A stretch of DNA of 64,000 nt from Macrostomum lignano (lineage: Eukaryota): the NCBI GenBank assembly GCA_002269645.1, contig NIVC01000001.1, positions 434,001-498,000 of the forward strand, written 5' to 3'. Within the stretch, counting starts at the first letter, position 1; each line of letters begins with the position of its first letter. Of the stretch, positions 46,201 to 57,305 are shown in pieces. The notes beneath the pieces are model-generated. The model saw nothing but the letters and a program-made list of their open reading frames with translations. It was not told where the DNA came from and made no database searches. Position numbers and translations under genes: made by a program.

Positions 46201-49200
46201 AGCGCCGCCGCCTGATGTCCGTTGACTTCCGCTCCGGCACCAGCGTGAGTTCAGCTGTTAATGAATTGGCGCCTAATAGCGGCGCTGGTAACCATGGAAA
46301 CAACGCTGGTTTAACTGCATCTACAGCTACGCATAACACAAACCATAGTAATAACCATAGCCACAACCACACCGGCGGCACCGCCTCCTCTCATCTGCGT
46401 GTTGTAAGTTCACCGACCTCCCCAGGCTTCTGACAAGTGATTTGTCCGAAACCCCGAAAGACTAGATAAACAAACCAACATTTAAAATAATTTACTGGCC
46501 ACATTGCTAAACCTTTGATTGCTGTTTTGAAACACCCGTTGCTATGGTTTGAACACCCGTTGCTATGGTTTAAACACCCGTTGCTATGGTTTAAACACCC
46601 GTTGCTATGGTTTGAACACCCGTTGCTATGGTTTTAAGACCGTTTCTATGGTTTGAACACCCATTGCTATGGTTATAACACCCGTTGCTATGGTTTGAAG
46701 ACCCGTTGCTATGGTTTAAACACCCGTTGCTATGATTCGAAATCTCGTTGCTACGGTTTGAAGACCCGCTGCTATGGTTTGAACACTCGTTGCTATGGTT
46801 TAAACACCCGTTGCTATAGTTTGAAGACCCGTTGCTGTGGTTTGAACACTCGTTGCTATGGTTTAAACACCCGGTGCTATAGTTTGAAGACCCGTTGCTA
46901 TGGTTTGAGCACCCGTTGCTATGGTTTGAAGACCCATTGCTATGGTTTGAAGACCTGTTGCTATGGTTTAAACACCCGTTGCTATGATTCGAAATCTCGT
47001 TGCTACGGTTTGAAGACCCGTTGCTATGGTTTAAACACCCGGTGCTATAGTTCCATCGCTATCTCTGAGACACATTTGGTTTGATGAAGATTCTTTACCA
47101 TGTGGCTATTGAATTTGAGCAAAGAAACAGGAGCAGTGCTCAAGCCTTGTCGGTTGTGTTTCGGACAAAACTCACTTTTTATTGCGCATTTTCAAAATAG
47201 TTCCGGACGCACCGCCGCCTGCGTGGACCAGTTTTCTCAGGAGTAACTTTTCAAAACAAAAGTAAAAAAATATTTTAATTTAACGCTGATATTTCTGAAG
47301 TTGCCGTCACAGAATATTATTAATAACTTGAATGAATTTTGATTTTCATTAACAAAACTGGTCCACACAGATGCGCCTCTCCGTAACTTTATTAAAACCA
47401 AGTAGCCTAGCAACCAACCCCATCTCTAACCAAATGCCTTTTTCTGCATTGCTTGCTGATTCTCGACAAGCAGGCGGCCACAACCGTAAGTGAAACATGG
47501 AGATTGAATTCGTGAAAAATAATCGTATTTCAATTTGAGTAATTATCTTTCATGACTTCCTTGTGAGCACAACTGACTTGAATAAAATTTGTTTTTCTGC
47601 ACATCGAGTTCTATACTGTATGTGTTGTATCCGTAAGTTTTTTGGGCAACTTTTGCACTAATAGTTCATTTTATGGGCACTAATATGCTTTGTAATTCAT
47701 TCTTCCCTAGAAAATATTCAGTCTAAATGATATGCGAAAAAAATAATTTAATTTTAAACTGTACGAACTGATAGCAACCAACTAATCAGAAACCGCAGCC
47801 AATCAGCTGCCACAACTAATCAAATGTCTCAGCCAACCAGACGCCGCAACCAATCAAATGTCCCAGTCAATCAGACACCACAACCAATCAAATGTCTCAG
47901 CCAATCAGACACCACAACCAATCAAATGTCTCAGCCAATCAGACACCACAATCAATCAAATGTCTCAGCCAATCAGACACCACAACCAATCAAATGTCTC
48001 AGCCAATCAGACGCCACAATCAATCAAATGTCTCTGCCAATCAGACACCGCAACTAATCAAATGTCTCAGCCAATCAGACACCACAACTAGTCAAATGTC
48101 TCAGCCAATCAGACACCAAAACTAATTAAATGTCTCAGCCAATCAGACACCACAACCAATCAATTTTTACAGCCAATCAGACGCCACAACCAATCAAATG
48201 TCTCAGCCAATCAGACGCCACAATCAATCAAATGTCTCAGCCAATCAGACACCACAACCAATCAAATGTCTCAGCCAACCAGACGCCGCAACCAATCAAA
48301 TGTCCCAGTCAATCAGACACCACAACCAATCAAATGTCTCAGCCAACCAGACGCCGCAACCAATCAAATGTCCCAGCCAATCAGACACCACAACCAATCA
48401 AATGACTCAGCCAATCAGACGCCACAATCAATCAGATGTCTCAGCCATTCAGACGCAGCAAACAATCAAATATTTTAACAAAAATAGCCAATGCAGGCTA
48501 ACGAGCAATTGTAAAGCCACCATGTTCAGTTTAGACAAAGCAATAGCCACTTTAACGCTTTTAGAGTATACTGTTTTCATCCAGCCTTAACTCAAATCTG
48601 ATCATAAAATTTTCCTTTCTTTTTTTTCTTCCGCCACAACTTTTAGCCAGACAGGGAGAGCCGTCAGAGTCGCCCAGATTCGTCTCACGCAACGGTACTC
48701 AAGATTTGCTTAGCTTGCCCATCTCTATGCATTCTGTGTGTGTGTGAACTGACGCCAACGGTTATTCGCTCTGCAACAATTAATAACTGATGAATGAGTT
48801 TAATATTTGCATTAATTTTTATTAATTTCTACTTGTATTGAAATGCAGAAGCTCGCATGCAGTGCAGTGTTCTCTAATTAAGCCAAAGCAACCAGCATAT
48901 CGCTCGCAGTATGACTCCAAACTGTCCATGTATTTTTGAAATAGTACTTTTTTGAATCGGTGATGTTGATAAAGCACTTGTTTATCCCTCGGTAATCCTA
49001 AAGATAAGCAAGATTAGCCCTCGGTAATCCTAAAGATAAGGAAGATTAGCCCTCCGTAATCCTAAAGATTAGCAAGATTAGCCCTCGGTAATCCTAAAGA
49101 TTAGCAAGATTAGCCCTCGGTAATCCTAAAGATTAGCAAGATTAGCCCTCGGTAATCCAGAAAATTAGAAAGATTATCCCTCAGTAATCCTAAATATTAG

Positions 49201-52200
49201 CAAGATTAGCCCTCGGTAATCCTAAAGATTAGCAAAATTAGCCCTCGGTAATTTTGCCACACAAGTGAAAATTTTCGTACAGACACCTACTAGAGTACAC
49301 AACCGCTATTTTAAATATTGTCTTGCATGATTAACAACATTTTTTAAGAGTTCTTGCGCTTTTTGCTGTGACTTTGTGCTCCCTTTTGTTTAAATGATTA
49401 AAATAAGATGTTTTACTGTTTGATTTTTAGTTTTAAGCTAAGGTTAAAACACGCGATATTTTGGACATTTTATAAAATTCGCGTCATATTGAGAAGTCTG
49501 CATTTGTTACTATCAGTAGTAGTCTTGAGAAACGCACATTAAAAAGCTGAATAATAAAAACACGCCTTCCCGCAGCCGCCGCCAAGCCGCAAGGGAGCGG
49601 ACAGGCCGGGCAGCGTTCGCAGCATCGACAAAGATAAGGATAAGAAGTCTGCCGCAGCTGCCGCCAAGACTGGCGGCAAAGGGAAAAAGGTGAGCCTTGA
49701 GCTTGTAGGGGAGAAATAGGAGTCAAGTTGGTGATTTTGGTACAAATTTTGGGATATGCAGGTGGGTGAGAGATACAGGTACAAGAGAGGATGAAGTGGT
49801 AAGAATAGGGGTAATAAGAAGCATGCTATGGAGATTGTGTTTTGAAAGGGGAAAGGGTAATGAGAGACAGGGGAGGGGTGGTGAGAGACAAAGGAGAGGG
49901 TGGTGAGAGACAGGGGAGAGGGTGGTGAGAGACAGGGGAGAGGGTGGTGAGGGACAGGGGAGAGGGTGGTGAGGGACAGGGGAGAGGGTGGTGAGAGACA
50001 GGGAGAGGGTGGGGAGAGACAGGGAGAGGGTGGTGAGAGACAGGGGAGAGGGTGGGGAGAGACAGGGAGAGGGTGGTGAGAGACAGGGGAGAGGGTGGTG
50101 AGAGACAGGGGAGAGGGTGGGTAAGAGACAGGGAGAGGGTGGTGAGAGACAGGGGAGAGGGTGGTAAGGGACAGGGGAGAGGGTGGGTAAGAGACAGGGG
50201 AGAGGGTGGGGAGAGACAGGGAGAGGGTGGTGAGAGACAGGGGAGAGGGTGGTGAGAGACAGGGGAGAGGGTGGTGAGAGACAGGGGAGAGGGTGGTGAG
50301 AGACAAAGGAGAGGGTGGTGAGAGACAAAGGAGAGGGTGGTGAGAGACAAAGGAGAGGGTGGTGAGAGACAGGGGAGAGGGTGGTAAGGGACAGGGGAGA
50401 GGGTGGGTAAGAGACAGGGAGAGGGTGGGAAGAGACAGGGGAGAGGGGTGAGAGACAGGGAGAGGGTGGTGAGAGACAGGGGAGAGGGTGGTGAGGGACA
50501 GGGGAGAGGGTGGGGAGAGACAGGGGAGAGGGTGGTAAGGGACAGGGGAGAGGGTGGGTAAGAGACAGGGAGAGGGTGTTGAGGGACAGGGGAGAGGGTG
50601 GTGAGAGACAGGGGAGAGGGTGGTGAGATACAGGGGAGAGGGTGGTGAGAGACAGGGGAGAGAGTGGGTAAGAGACAGGGGAGATGGTGGTGAGGGACAG
50701 GGGAGAGGGTGGGTAAGTGACAGGGAGAGGGTGGGGAGAGACAAAGGAGAGGGTGGGGAGAGACAGGGGAGAGGGTGGTGAGGGACAGGGGAGAGGGTGG
50801 GTAAGAGACAGGGAGAGGGTGGTGAGGGACAGGGGAGAGGGTGGTGAGAGACAGGGGAGAGGGTGGGTAAGAGACAGGGAGAGGGTGGTGAGGGACAGGG
50901 GAGAGGGTGGTGAGAGACAGGGGAGAGGGTGGGGAGAGACAGGGAGAGGGTGGTGAGAGACAGGGGAGAGGGTGGTGAGATACAGGGGAGAGGGTGGTGA
51001 GAGACAGGGAGAGGGTGGTGAGAGACAGGGGAGAGGGTGGTGAGAGACAGGGGAGAGAGTGGGTAAGAGACAGGGGAGATGGTGGTGAGGGACAGGGGAG
51101 AGGGTGGTGAGGGACAGGGGAGAGGGTGGGTAAGAGACAGGGGAGAGGGTGGTGAGGGACAGGGGAGAGGGTGGTGAGAGACAGGGAGAGGGTGGGGAGA
51201 GACAGAGAAGAGGTGGTGAGGGACAGGGGAGAGGGTGGTGAGAGACAGGGGAGAGGGTGGTGAGGGACAGGGGAGAGGGTGGGTAAGAGACAGGGGAGAG
51301 GGTGGTGAGGGACAGGGGAGAGGGTGGTGAGAGACAGGGGAGAGGGTGGTGAGGGACAGGGGAGAGGGTGGGTAAGAGACAGGGGAGAGGGTGTGGAGAG
51401 ACATTAAGAGGAAGTTGACAGGTTGCAAATCAGCAGAGAAAGAAAGGTGGGATGTGAACCGGGAACAAGAAGACAGAAGCCGAAGATGACCCTGCCCTGT
51501 AAAAACTGCTCCTAATAGGACGAGAAGGCCAAACCGGACGATAAAGCAAAGGGAAAAGCGGCATCCAAGGAGGACCCAAAAGCGAAGGGCAAAGGTGAGT
51601 TGAGGCTCAGCCGTTTAGCCTTCAGTGAGTTGGATGGTGAAAACTGGCTCTGACATAATTCCCACAGCTGCTCAGGCCAGCGAGAAGGACGCCAAGGCGG
51701 GCGCCAAGTCCGGCAAAGGTCGCGGCGCCAGGGTCAAGGTGTCAACGCCTCAGCCGGAACCGGAGGTCAGATTGCACTTTAGTATGGAGTTCTTAATTTC
51801 TTAGAACTGCTCTGGTGCTTGTTGGACCGGAGATCGGCGGTCAAGCAAAGTTTCCAACAAGTTTCATATTTTCCTATCTGTTTGTGCAATTCTGTATGAG
51901 CAAAACATTATTTACGAGCCGTATAGCAGAGCGCCACAGAGCAAATCTTTGAGAACTTCTTTCTAATGATATGTGTTTGAAAATGTTTTGATGAACTTGT
52001 GAAACAAACTTTGGAATTTAGAAGCTCAGAAGAAGGTGAGCTACTGTCTGCTAAAAACTGAAAACTAAGAAGGATGGACGCAGGGGGGTCATAGTCTAGT
52101 AGGCTAGCGCGGCGCTCTGGTGTGCCAGCGGCCCAGGCTCGATTCCAAGTGCAGTCACACTAATTTGAGGCTAAATTGGAATCTCGGCTTGGCTCTGCTC

Positions 52201-54917
52201 GTGCAATTAACGACCTTGAGGGTCCCAAGGCACAGTGAAGTGTACATTTCGCTGTGTACACTCCTGTGTAAGTGTGAGCCTGTGCGAATGACTGCGTACG
52301 TATCCGCGCGCTTGTGTGCCTGCTCAGGGGAGTCGGCGGAATGGACATCGCTCAAAGTGCAGTAAGATGCAGACAGCCCTCTGACTCTAATATAAAAAAT
52401 AGATGGATGGACGCTGCCTAGATGTGTCCTATGTCTAACATCTAAGATTCTAACAATGATGCAGTCACGTCCTCAACCCTTCACAGCAAGTCGAGGTCCA
52501 CTTCGACTCGGAGCACCCGCTGCTGGAACGTGCCGACGCCAGCTACGCGCCTGGTCACCTGCTGGTGCCCGGGAACTACGCCCTGGCACTGCTGAACCTG
52601 TCCCGTGAGTTCCAACTGCGAACTTTTCTACATTTAATTGCATTTATTGCTTCTCTGGAATTTTTTTTATTTTTAGCTCGTACAACAGATAGATGAAAAT
52701 TGAAAAATGTTCTTTTCGTAAAAAAATCCTAATACTTGAAATTTATTATTTATATTTTCACCAGGAAAGATGCCGGAATAAGTGACCAGATTATTTCGAT
52801 AACGTAATTCCCAGCTTCCTCCATTCACTGAGCAATCAAAGCTTGCGATATGTTGCGATATTCACTGCTCCAATGTTAACTACGTGTAGCTATTAAAAAA
52901 ATTCAGCGTTTCACATGTGCTGTAACCACGAGGTATCTCAGTAAGGCCTTAAGTGTATTTTCTATCGCTAATAAAAAGTCTCCCACCTCACTCTCGATGG
53001 CAATCTTCAAGATTCGTTCAAATTTACGCCAAAATAAAACAAAGTTAAACAACTTTTCAAACCGTTTAAAAAATATTTCTAAACATTATTTTAAATCAAA
53101 GTTTTAGTTCAAAAAATAACTTCAAGGGTGTTCAAAAGTTTTGTTCACAATGTCTCTTATTGTACTGAACTTATTGTACTTTTGTACTGAACTTATTGTA
53201 CTTTTGTACTGAACTTATTGTACTTATTGTACTGAACTTATTGTACTTTTGTACTGAACTTATTGTACTTTTGTACTGAACTTATTGTACTTATTGTACT
53301 GAACTTATTGTACTTATTGTACTGAACTTATTGTACTGAACTTATTGTACTTATTGTACTGAACTTATTGTACTTATTGTACTGAACTTATTGTACTGAA
53401 CTTATTGTACTTTTGTACTGAACTTATTGTACTTTTGTACTGAACTTATTGTACTTTTGTACTGAACTTATTGTACTTATTGTACTGAACTTATTGTACT
53501 TTTGTACTGAACTTATTGTACTTATTGTACTGAACTTATTGTACTTATTGTACTGAACTTATTGTACTTATTGTACTGAACTTATTGTACTTTTGTACTG
53601 AACTTATTGTACTTATTGTACTGAACTTATTGTACTTTTGTACTGAACTTATTGTACTTTTGTACTGAACTTATTGTACTTATTGTACTGAACTTATTGT
53701 ACTTTTGTACTGAACTTATTGTACTTATTGTACTGAACTTATTGTACTTATTGTACTGAACTTATTGTACTTTTGTACTGAACTTATTGTACTTATTGTA
53801 CTGAACTTATTGTACTTATTGTACTGAACTTATTGTACTTTTGTACTGAACTTATTGTACTTATTGTACTGAACTTATTGTACTTTTGTACTGAACTTAT
53901 TGTACTTTTGTACTGAACTTATTGTACTTATTGTACTGAACTTATTGTACTTATTGTACTGAACTTATTGTACTTTTGTACTGAACTTATTGTACTTTTG
54001 TACTGAAATTATTGTACTTTTGTACTGAACGACTCTTGAATGCTGCCCAAATCAATCAATGTACAATCGTGCACAACTTTTACAAGATCAACAAAAATTT
54101 TATTTTCTTGTTTACTTATTATAACTAAACAATATTGTTAAAGCCGTTGTGACCACTAAACCTCGTAGGCAATCAGATCACGGATCGTGGCGTTGACGAA
54201 TGGAAAACGGCTATTAAATACCAGGCGGCTTACATGGCTAAGCAGAAAGTGCACGGAACTGGCATGCTGAAGCTCATGCTGCAGGTGAGAATTCGGACCC
54301 TGCGCGGTATTTTCCTTTGTCCGTTCGAGAAAAACAGTTAAAAAACACGATTGTTCGGTCCATTATAATACCAACTGTGGTTTGTACCACGGTGTTGCAG
54401 AGTTCAATGAAGAGCCAATCAGAAGGCAGCGAGAGGGAGGAGGGAACAGAGTAAACAGAGATGAGGCCAGATGAACTGAATACGGGCTGGTAGATGACTA
54501 AGACAGATCTGATTTCCTCCATCAAATAGTCTATGTCGAAACCCCATTCAGCACTGTGCGTTCTACGGAGCATACTACATGTACATGAAACTTCGCTCCT
54601 CTACCTCATCTTCTCTTCTCTCCCTTCTCCTCTCCACTCGGCTATATCTCCTTTATTCTCGCCTCCTCTCTCTCCTCTCCTCTGGCCCACAGTCGTGCGC
54701 TGGGTTCTATACGAGCGTGTCTGGCCCTTGAGGTAACAAAGGTTGCCGACCCCTGATGTAAATGCAGTAGTGAAAGAGGCAACTTAGCGTTAGCGTCAGA
54801 TTGTTTATTTTCACGCCGCAGGGAAACCCGTTCTCAACGGAGACGGACAACTACAAAGCATTGGAAGACGCGTTGAATGCTCGAGATCCGCTGAGGCCAG
54901 GGGTTGCCGACAACTGA
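40275..54917 (+). CDS. LRRC71: Leucine-rich repeat-containing protein 71 homolog
   Basis: Phase-consistent exons 40275-40341, 40481-40599, 42920-43010, 43945-44155, 45379-45528, 45621-45780, 46077-46244, (47474-47485), 48647-48694, 49576-49689, 51519-51594, 51668-51765, 52487-52604, 54169-54284, 54822-54917. Motifs TDFAELC, IQVEMD..VTEVFIKDWK, LRTNRTLLHLSLSNNRL..FLTHEETVQRRRL, HPLLE..VPGN..LLNLSRNQIT, RDP match LRRC71 as recalled from memory. Confidence 0.82.
40644..40897 (+). mobile_element. tRNA-derived SINE, family 1 (copy c)
   Basis: GGGGTTGTAGCCCAGTGGCTAGAGCG..GGGGTTCGATTC..TGTGTCCTTGAGCAAGACACTTAAC..CCAGCTGTAAAATGGG. Confidence 0.9.
40930..42768. repeat. 366-bp direct repeat (40930-41295 and 42403-42768) flanking a 1.1-kb GA-rich insert
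   Basis: The two copies are near identical (two substitutions noticed); the interior 41365-42265 is almost pure purine. Confidence 0.9.
44298..45323 (-). mobile_element. Second copy of the 18051-19015 hAT-type family, carrying a 21-bp array (AAAATGAGTGCCTGCGGCGCT)
   Basis: Termini CAGGCGCGTCGCCA / TGGAGACGCCTCTG; shares subterminal blocks (GACATGACAATGCTTTGTCCCCCCCACCCCACC; CCATGGATTTTAT) with the 18-kb copy; TSD not evident. Confidence 0.85.
45784..46022. repeat. 20-bp tandem repeat (CCAGATCCTTTCCCGATATG)
   Basis: Visible directly; starts just after the 5' splice site and fills most of the intron. Confidence 0.95.
46530..47050. repeat. 21-bp tandem repeat (AACACCCGTTGCTATGGTTT[A/G])
   Basis: Visible directly. 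Confidence 0.95.
47199..47388. mobile_element. Small MITE-like inverted-repeat element
   Basis: CTGCGTGGACCAGTTTT pairs with AAAACTGGTCCACACAG; imperfect pairing extends about 35 bp. Confidence 0.45.
47775..48470. repeat. 34-bp tandem repeat built from two 17-bp CCAATCA-containing halves
   Basis: Unit CCAATCAGACACCACAACCAATCAAATGTCTCAG, visible directly. Confidence 0.95.
48984..49251. repeat. 32-bp tandem repeat (GATTAGCCCTCGGTAATCCTAAAGATTAGCAA)
   Basis: Period 32 read from unit starts at 49012, 49044 and 49076. Confidence 0.95.
49860..51400. repeat. About 22-bp purine/G-rich minisatellite (GAGACAGGGGAGAGGGTGGTGA), 1.5 kb
   Basis: Visible directly; generates the spurious 629-aa SPLSL ORF. 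Confidence 0.95.
52082..52404 (+). mobile_element. tRNA-derived SINE, family 2 (copy b)
   Basis: Homologous to 32481-32832; 10-bp TSD GGATGGACGC (52072-52081 and 52405-52414). Confidence 0.9.
53155..54030. repeat. 22/23-bp AT-rich tandem repeat (TGTACTGAACTTATTGTACTT[T/AT])
   Basis: Visible directly; two alternating variants plus a 14-bp short form. Confidence 0.95.
54590..54755 (-). mobile_element. Partial copy (one TIR plus GA-rich tract) of the 6846-7557 hAT MITE family
   Basis: Reverse complement CAGGGGTCGGCAACCTTTGTTACCTCAAGGGCCAGA..CAGCGCACGACTG followed by (GAGGA)n. Confidence 0.7.
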
Positions 54918-55839
54918 CGGGCTTGAGCGCAACTAATGGCCTGCTTATTGACAAATAACCCATTTTTATAATATTTCTGATTATACGATTCTCGTTTCGA
55001 ATCGTTTAAGTTTAACAACCAATTTGGATTTTTCGGTGCTTAACACACTACTGTAAGCAGTTTATGTTTAATTATAAGATTTCCAATAACCGACATACAT
55101 GTATACAATTTAAATTATTTTGAGATGAAGCAACGTTGTAGCAACACGGGGCAACTGATTGAACTCTTTTTCTGCAAAACAATCCACGTCTGAAAACCTC
55201 TCATTGGATTCGAATTATTATCACTTTACTCTGACGTTTATGAGTAGATCGATTCTATAACTTTCAACATAATGCCTTTTTGGGCTGGGTTCTCAAACAT
55301 CATTTTTCTGGAATTCAGTTTGAGTTGCTCTCTTATCCAGACCTTCTGCAGCGAACCCATTGCCTTAAAATATCTGCATCCTGGTCCGTAGTCCTTGCAC
55401 ACTTCCCTCGGTAAATGTCATTAGATGAGACCAAAGAAGACTGCTAAAATGGATTTCAGAACCATCTTATTTTACTTTTGAAGATGACGTGTAAATGAAT
55501 AAATTAATCAGAATGATTTTTAGCTCTGTATGAAAAATCAAAAACTACAAAATAATCTGGGACTTCTTATTTATTTATTTATCGGTGATTAAATGTAAAA
55601 TACATTTCTGAGAGGCGCATGGCCTCACATCTTGTGTCACTGCAGCGACATCAAGGAGGTTAGCATTGCACAGACACTGGACACTCTACTGCATGAAAAA
55701 TACGAGTGGGTGATCGACAGTAAAAACTGAGGAGAAACCGAGTGCAAAGGCATTCAAAAGCTGCTACTGTATGCCAGAGAGGCTGCTATGGTCGCCTCTC
55801 TTCTGTTGGGAAACTCTGCAGGGAAAGAAGTCTCAGGAG

Positions 55840-57305
55840 CTACAGTTGCTCCCGCACGCGACGTCCTGAGCGACGTCCAGGCGCTACCGAAATCGGCATC
55901 AGCGGCCTGCCGCCGCCAAGGCAGCCTGGCAGGGAGGCGCGAATCACCTGCTGAGCCTGATGCGGCTCCGTTGTCACCTGGTGATGCATCGAGCCAGCGG
56001 GAGCCAGGCAGGATGACTGTTGGCTGGCCTGGGAGCACTGGCACGACTCGCACTGGCCACAGCCGACCAGCTCCAGCATCAGGTTCAGCCGGCTGACCAC
56101 CACCTGCTGGAAATCGTTACTACTGTTGGTGTGGTGCTGCTGGTGCTGAGGCTGAGGCTCAGAGAAGCTGGGATCTGGGCCCTGATCCCCAGACGAGAGC
56201 ATCGGGATGCTGGAGTTCAACTTTGTGCTTGATGAGAAGACTGTTGGCTGGTATTCAGTCGTCATCTTGCCAACGCGCTGGTGCTGCTGAGGTAGCTGCT
56301 GCTGACGGCAGAACTCAGCTGCCTCTTGCTGCATCATGGACGGCATCTGCGGCAGTCGCTGCTGCTGCTGACGACGCGACTGCGGCTTGCCGTTGGCTGT
56401 GACGGTGGGGCTGCGGCCGTACAGGGTGCTTTGAGGCTCGTCGAACTGAGCGCTTAGCGCAGTCGGATCGGCCCGGTTTCTGCCGGTAGTGGTCTGCGGT
56501 TGCTGCATACAGGTGTCTGGAACCGGAACCTTGCACGATCGCTGACTCTGCTTGTGTGCGCAACCCATGCTGGCCTTATTGGGTCTCTGCGGCTTCTGCT
56601 GCTGAATTTGCATCTCCATTTGCTGTTGCTGCTGCCTGCTGCGAGACTGTTTGCCGCCAGTGGCTCTGGGCTGGGGACTCTGATCGTACATGGAAATCTG
56701 CTGCTGCTGATGGAGGCGGCTGTTGCCACAGCTTCTGATGGCATCTTCTGAGACATTCGGGTGTCGTTTCGGAGCCTGCAGAGGTTAGGTTAGAGGTTAG
56801 GAGCACAGATACTTCACGCTTCAGTGTAAATGCAAACTGCATCTGATTTACACGTACTTACCCGAACTTCTAGTGGAGGATTCTCCAGTGAGCTGCAGTC
56901 GCTCTCTTCATTTGAAGACGGTCCTATTGGGTCATTGGCGCTGACGTACTCGACTGGAACTTTACTGCAGGTTCGCTGCGTTTGCTGGGCTTGCATATCG
57001 GATGGCTGCTGCTGATGCATCCTTGACAACATGGTCTGTCTCTGGTGAAACTGCTGCTGCTGCTGCCACTGCTGAGGCTGTTGCTGTTTCTGCTGCAGAT
57101 GTTGGCGCCTGCAGCTGGAAGTGACAACTGATGCCGACTTCTTCGATTTGTAGATCTTTTGAGGCTCCATACTGTACTGATCGCCGCTATCCATCGGCCT
57201 CATCGGAGGCTGGTAGCTGCTTTCTTCGTCATCGTAGGCATCGTCATCCATCGGGCTGGCACAGTGGTATTGCTGATGCGTCATCGGCGAAATTGATTGC
57301 TGCAT
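55840..57305 (-). CDS. Unassigned Gln/Ser/Pro-rich, probably disordered protein (2 exons)
   Basis: Donor CGG|gtaagt at 56862 and acceptor ctgcag|GCT at 56775 (both phase 0) join the two ORFs. GC/CAG-rich composition like the other exons; no recognisable domain. Confidence 0.6.

Noticed and set aside
1037-54030. Long ORFs over tandem arrays (e.g. 1138-1911, 11772-12498, 18133-18982, 21181-21797, 44414-45257, 47824-48590, 49539-51428)
   Set aside because: They are open in several frames and on both strands only because the repeat units lack stops; they lie in introns or TEs and encode periodic nonsense peptides.
12793-56756. Antisense and alternate-frame ORFs overlapping ATXN7-like, hunchback, RGS and the Gln-rich gene
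   Set aside because: Expected shadows of GC-rich, CAG/GCN-rich coding exons; no independent motifs.
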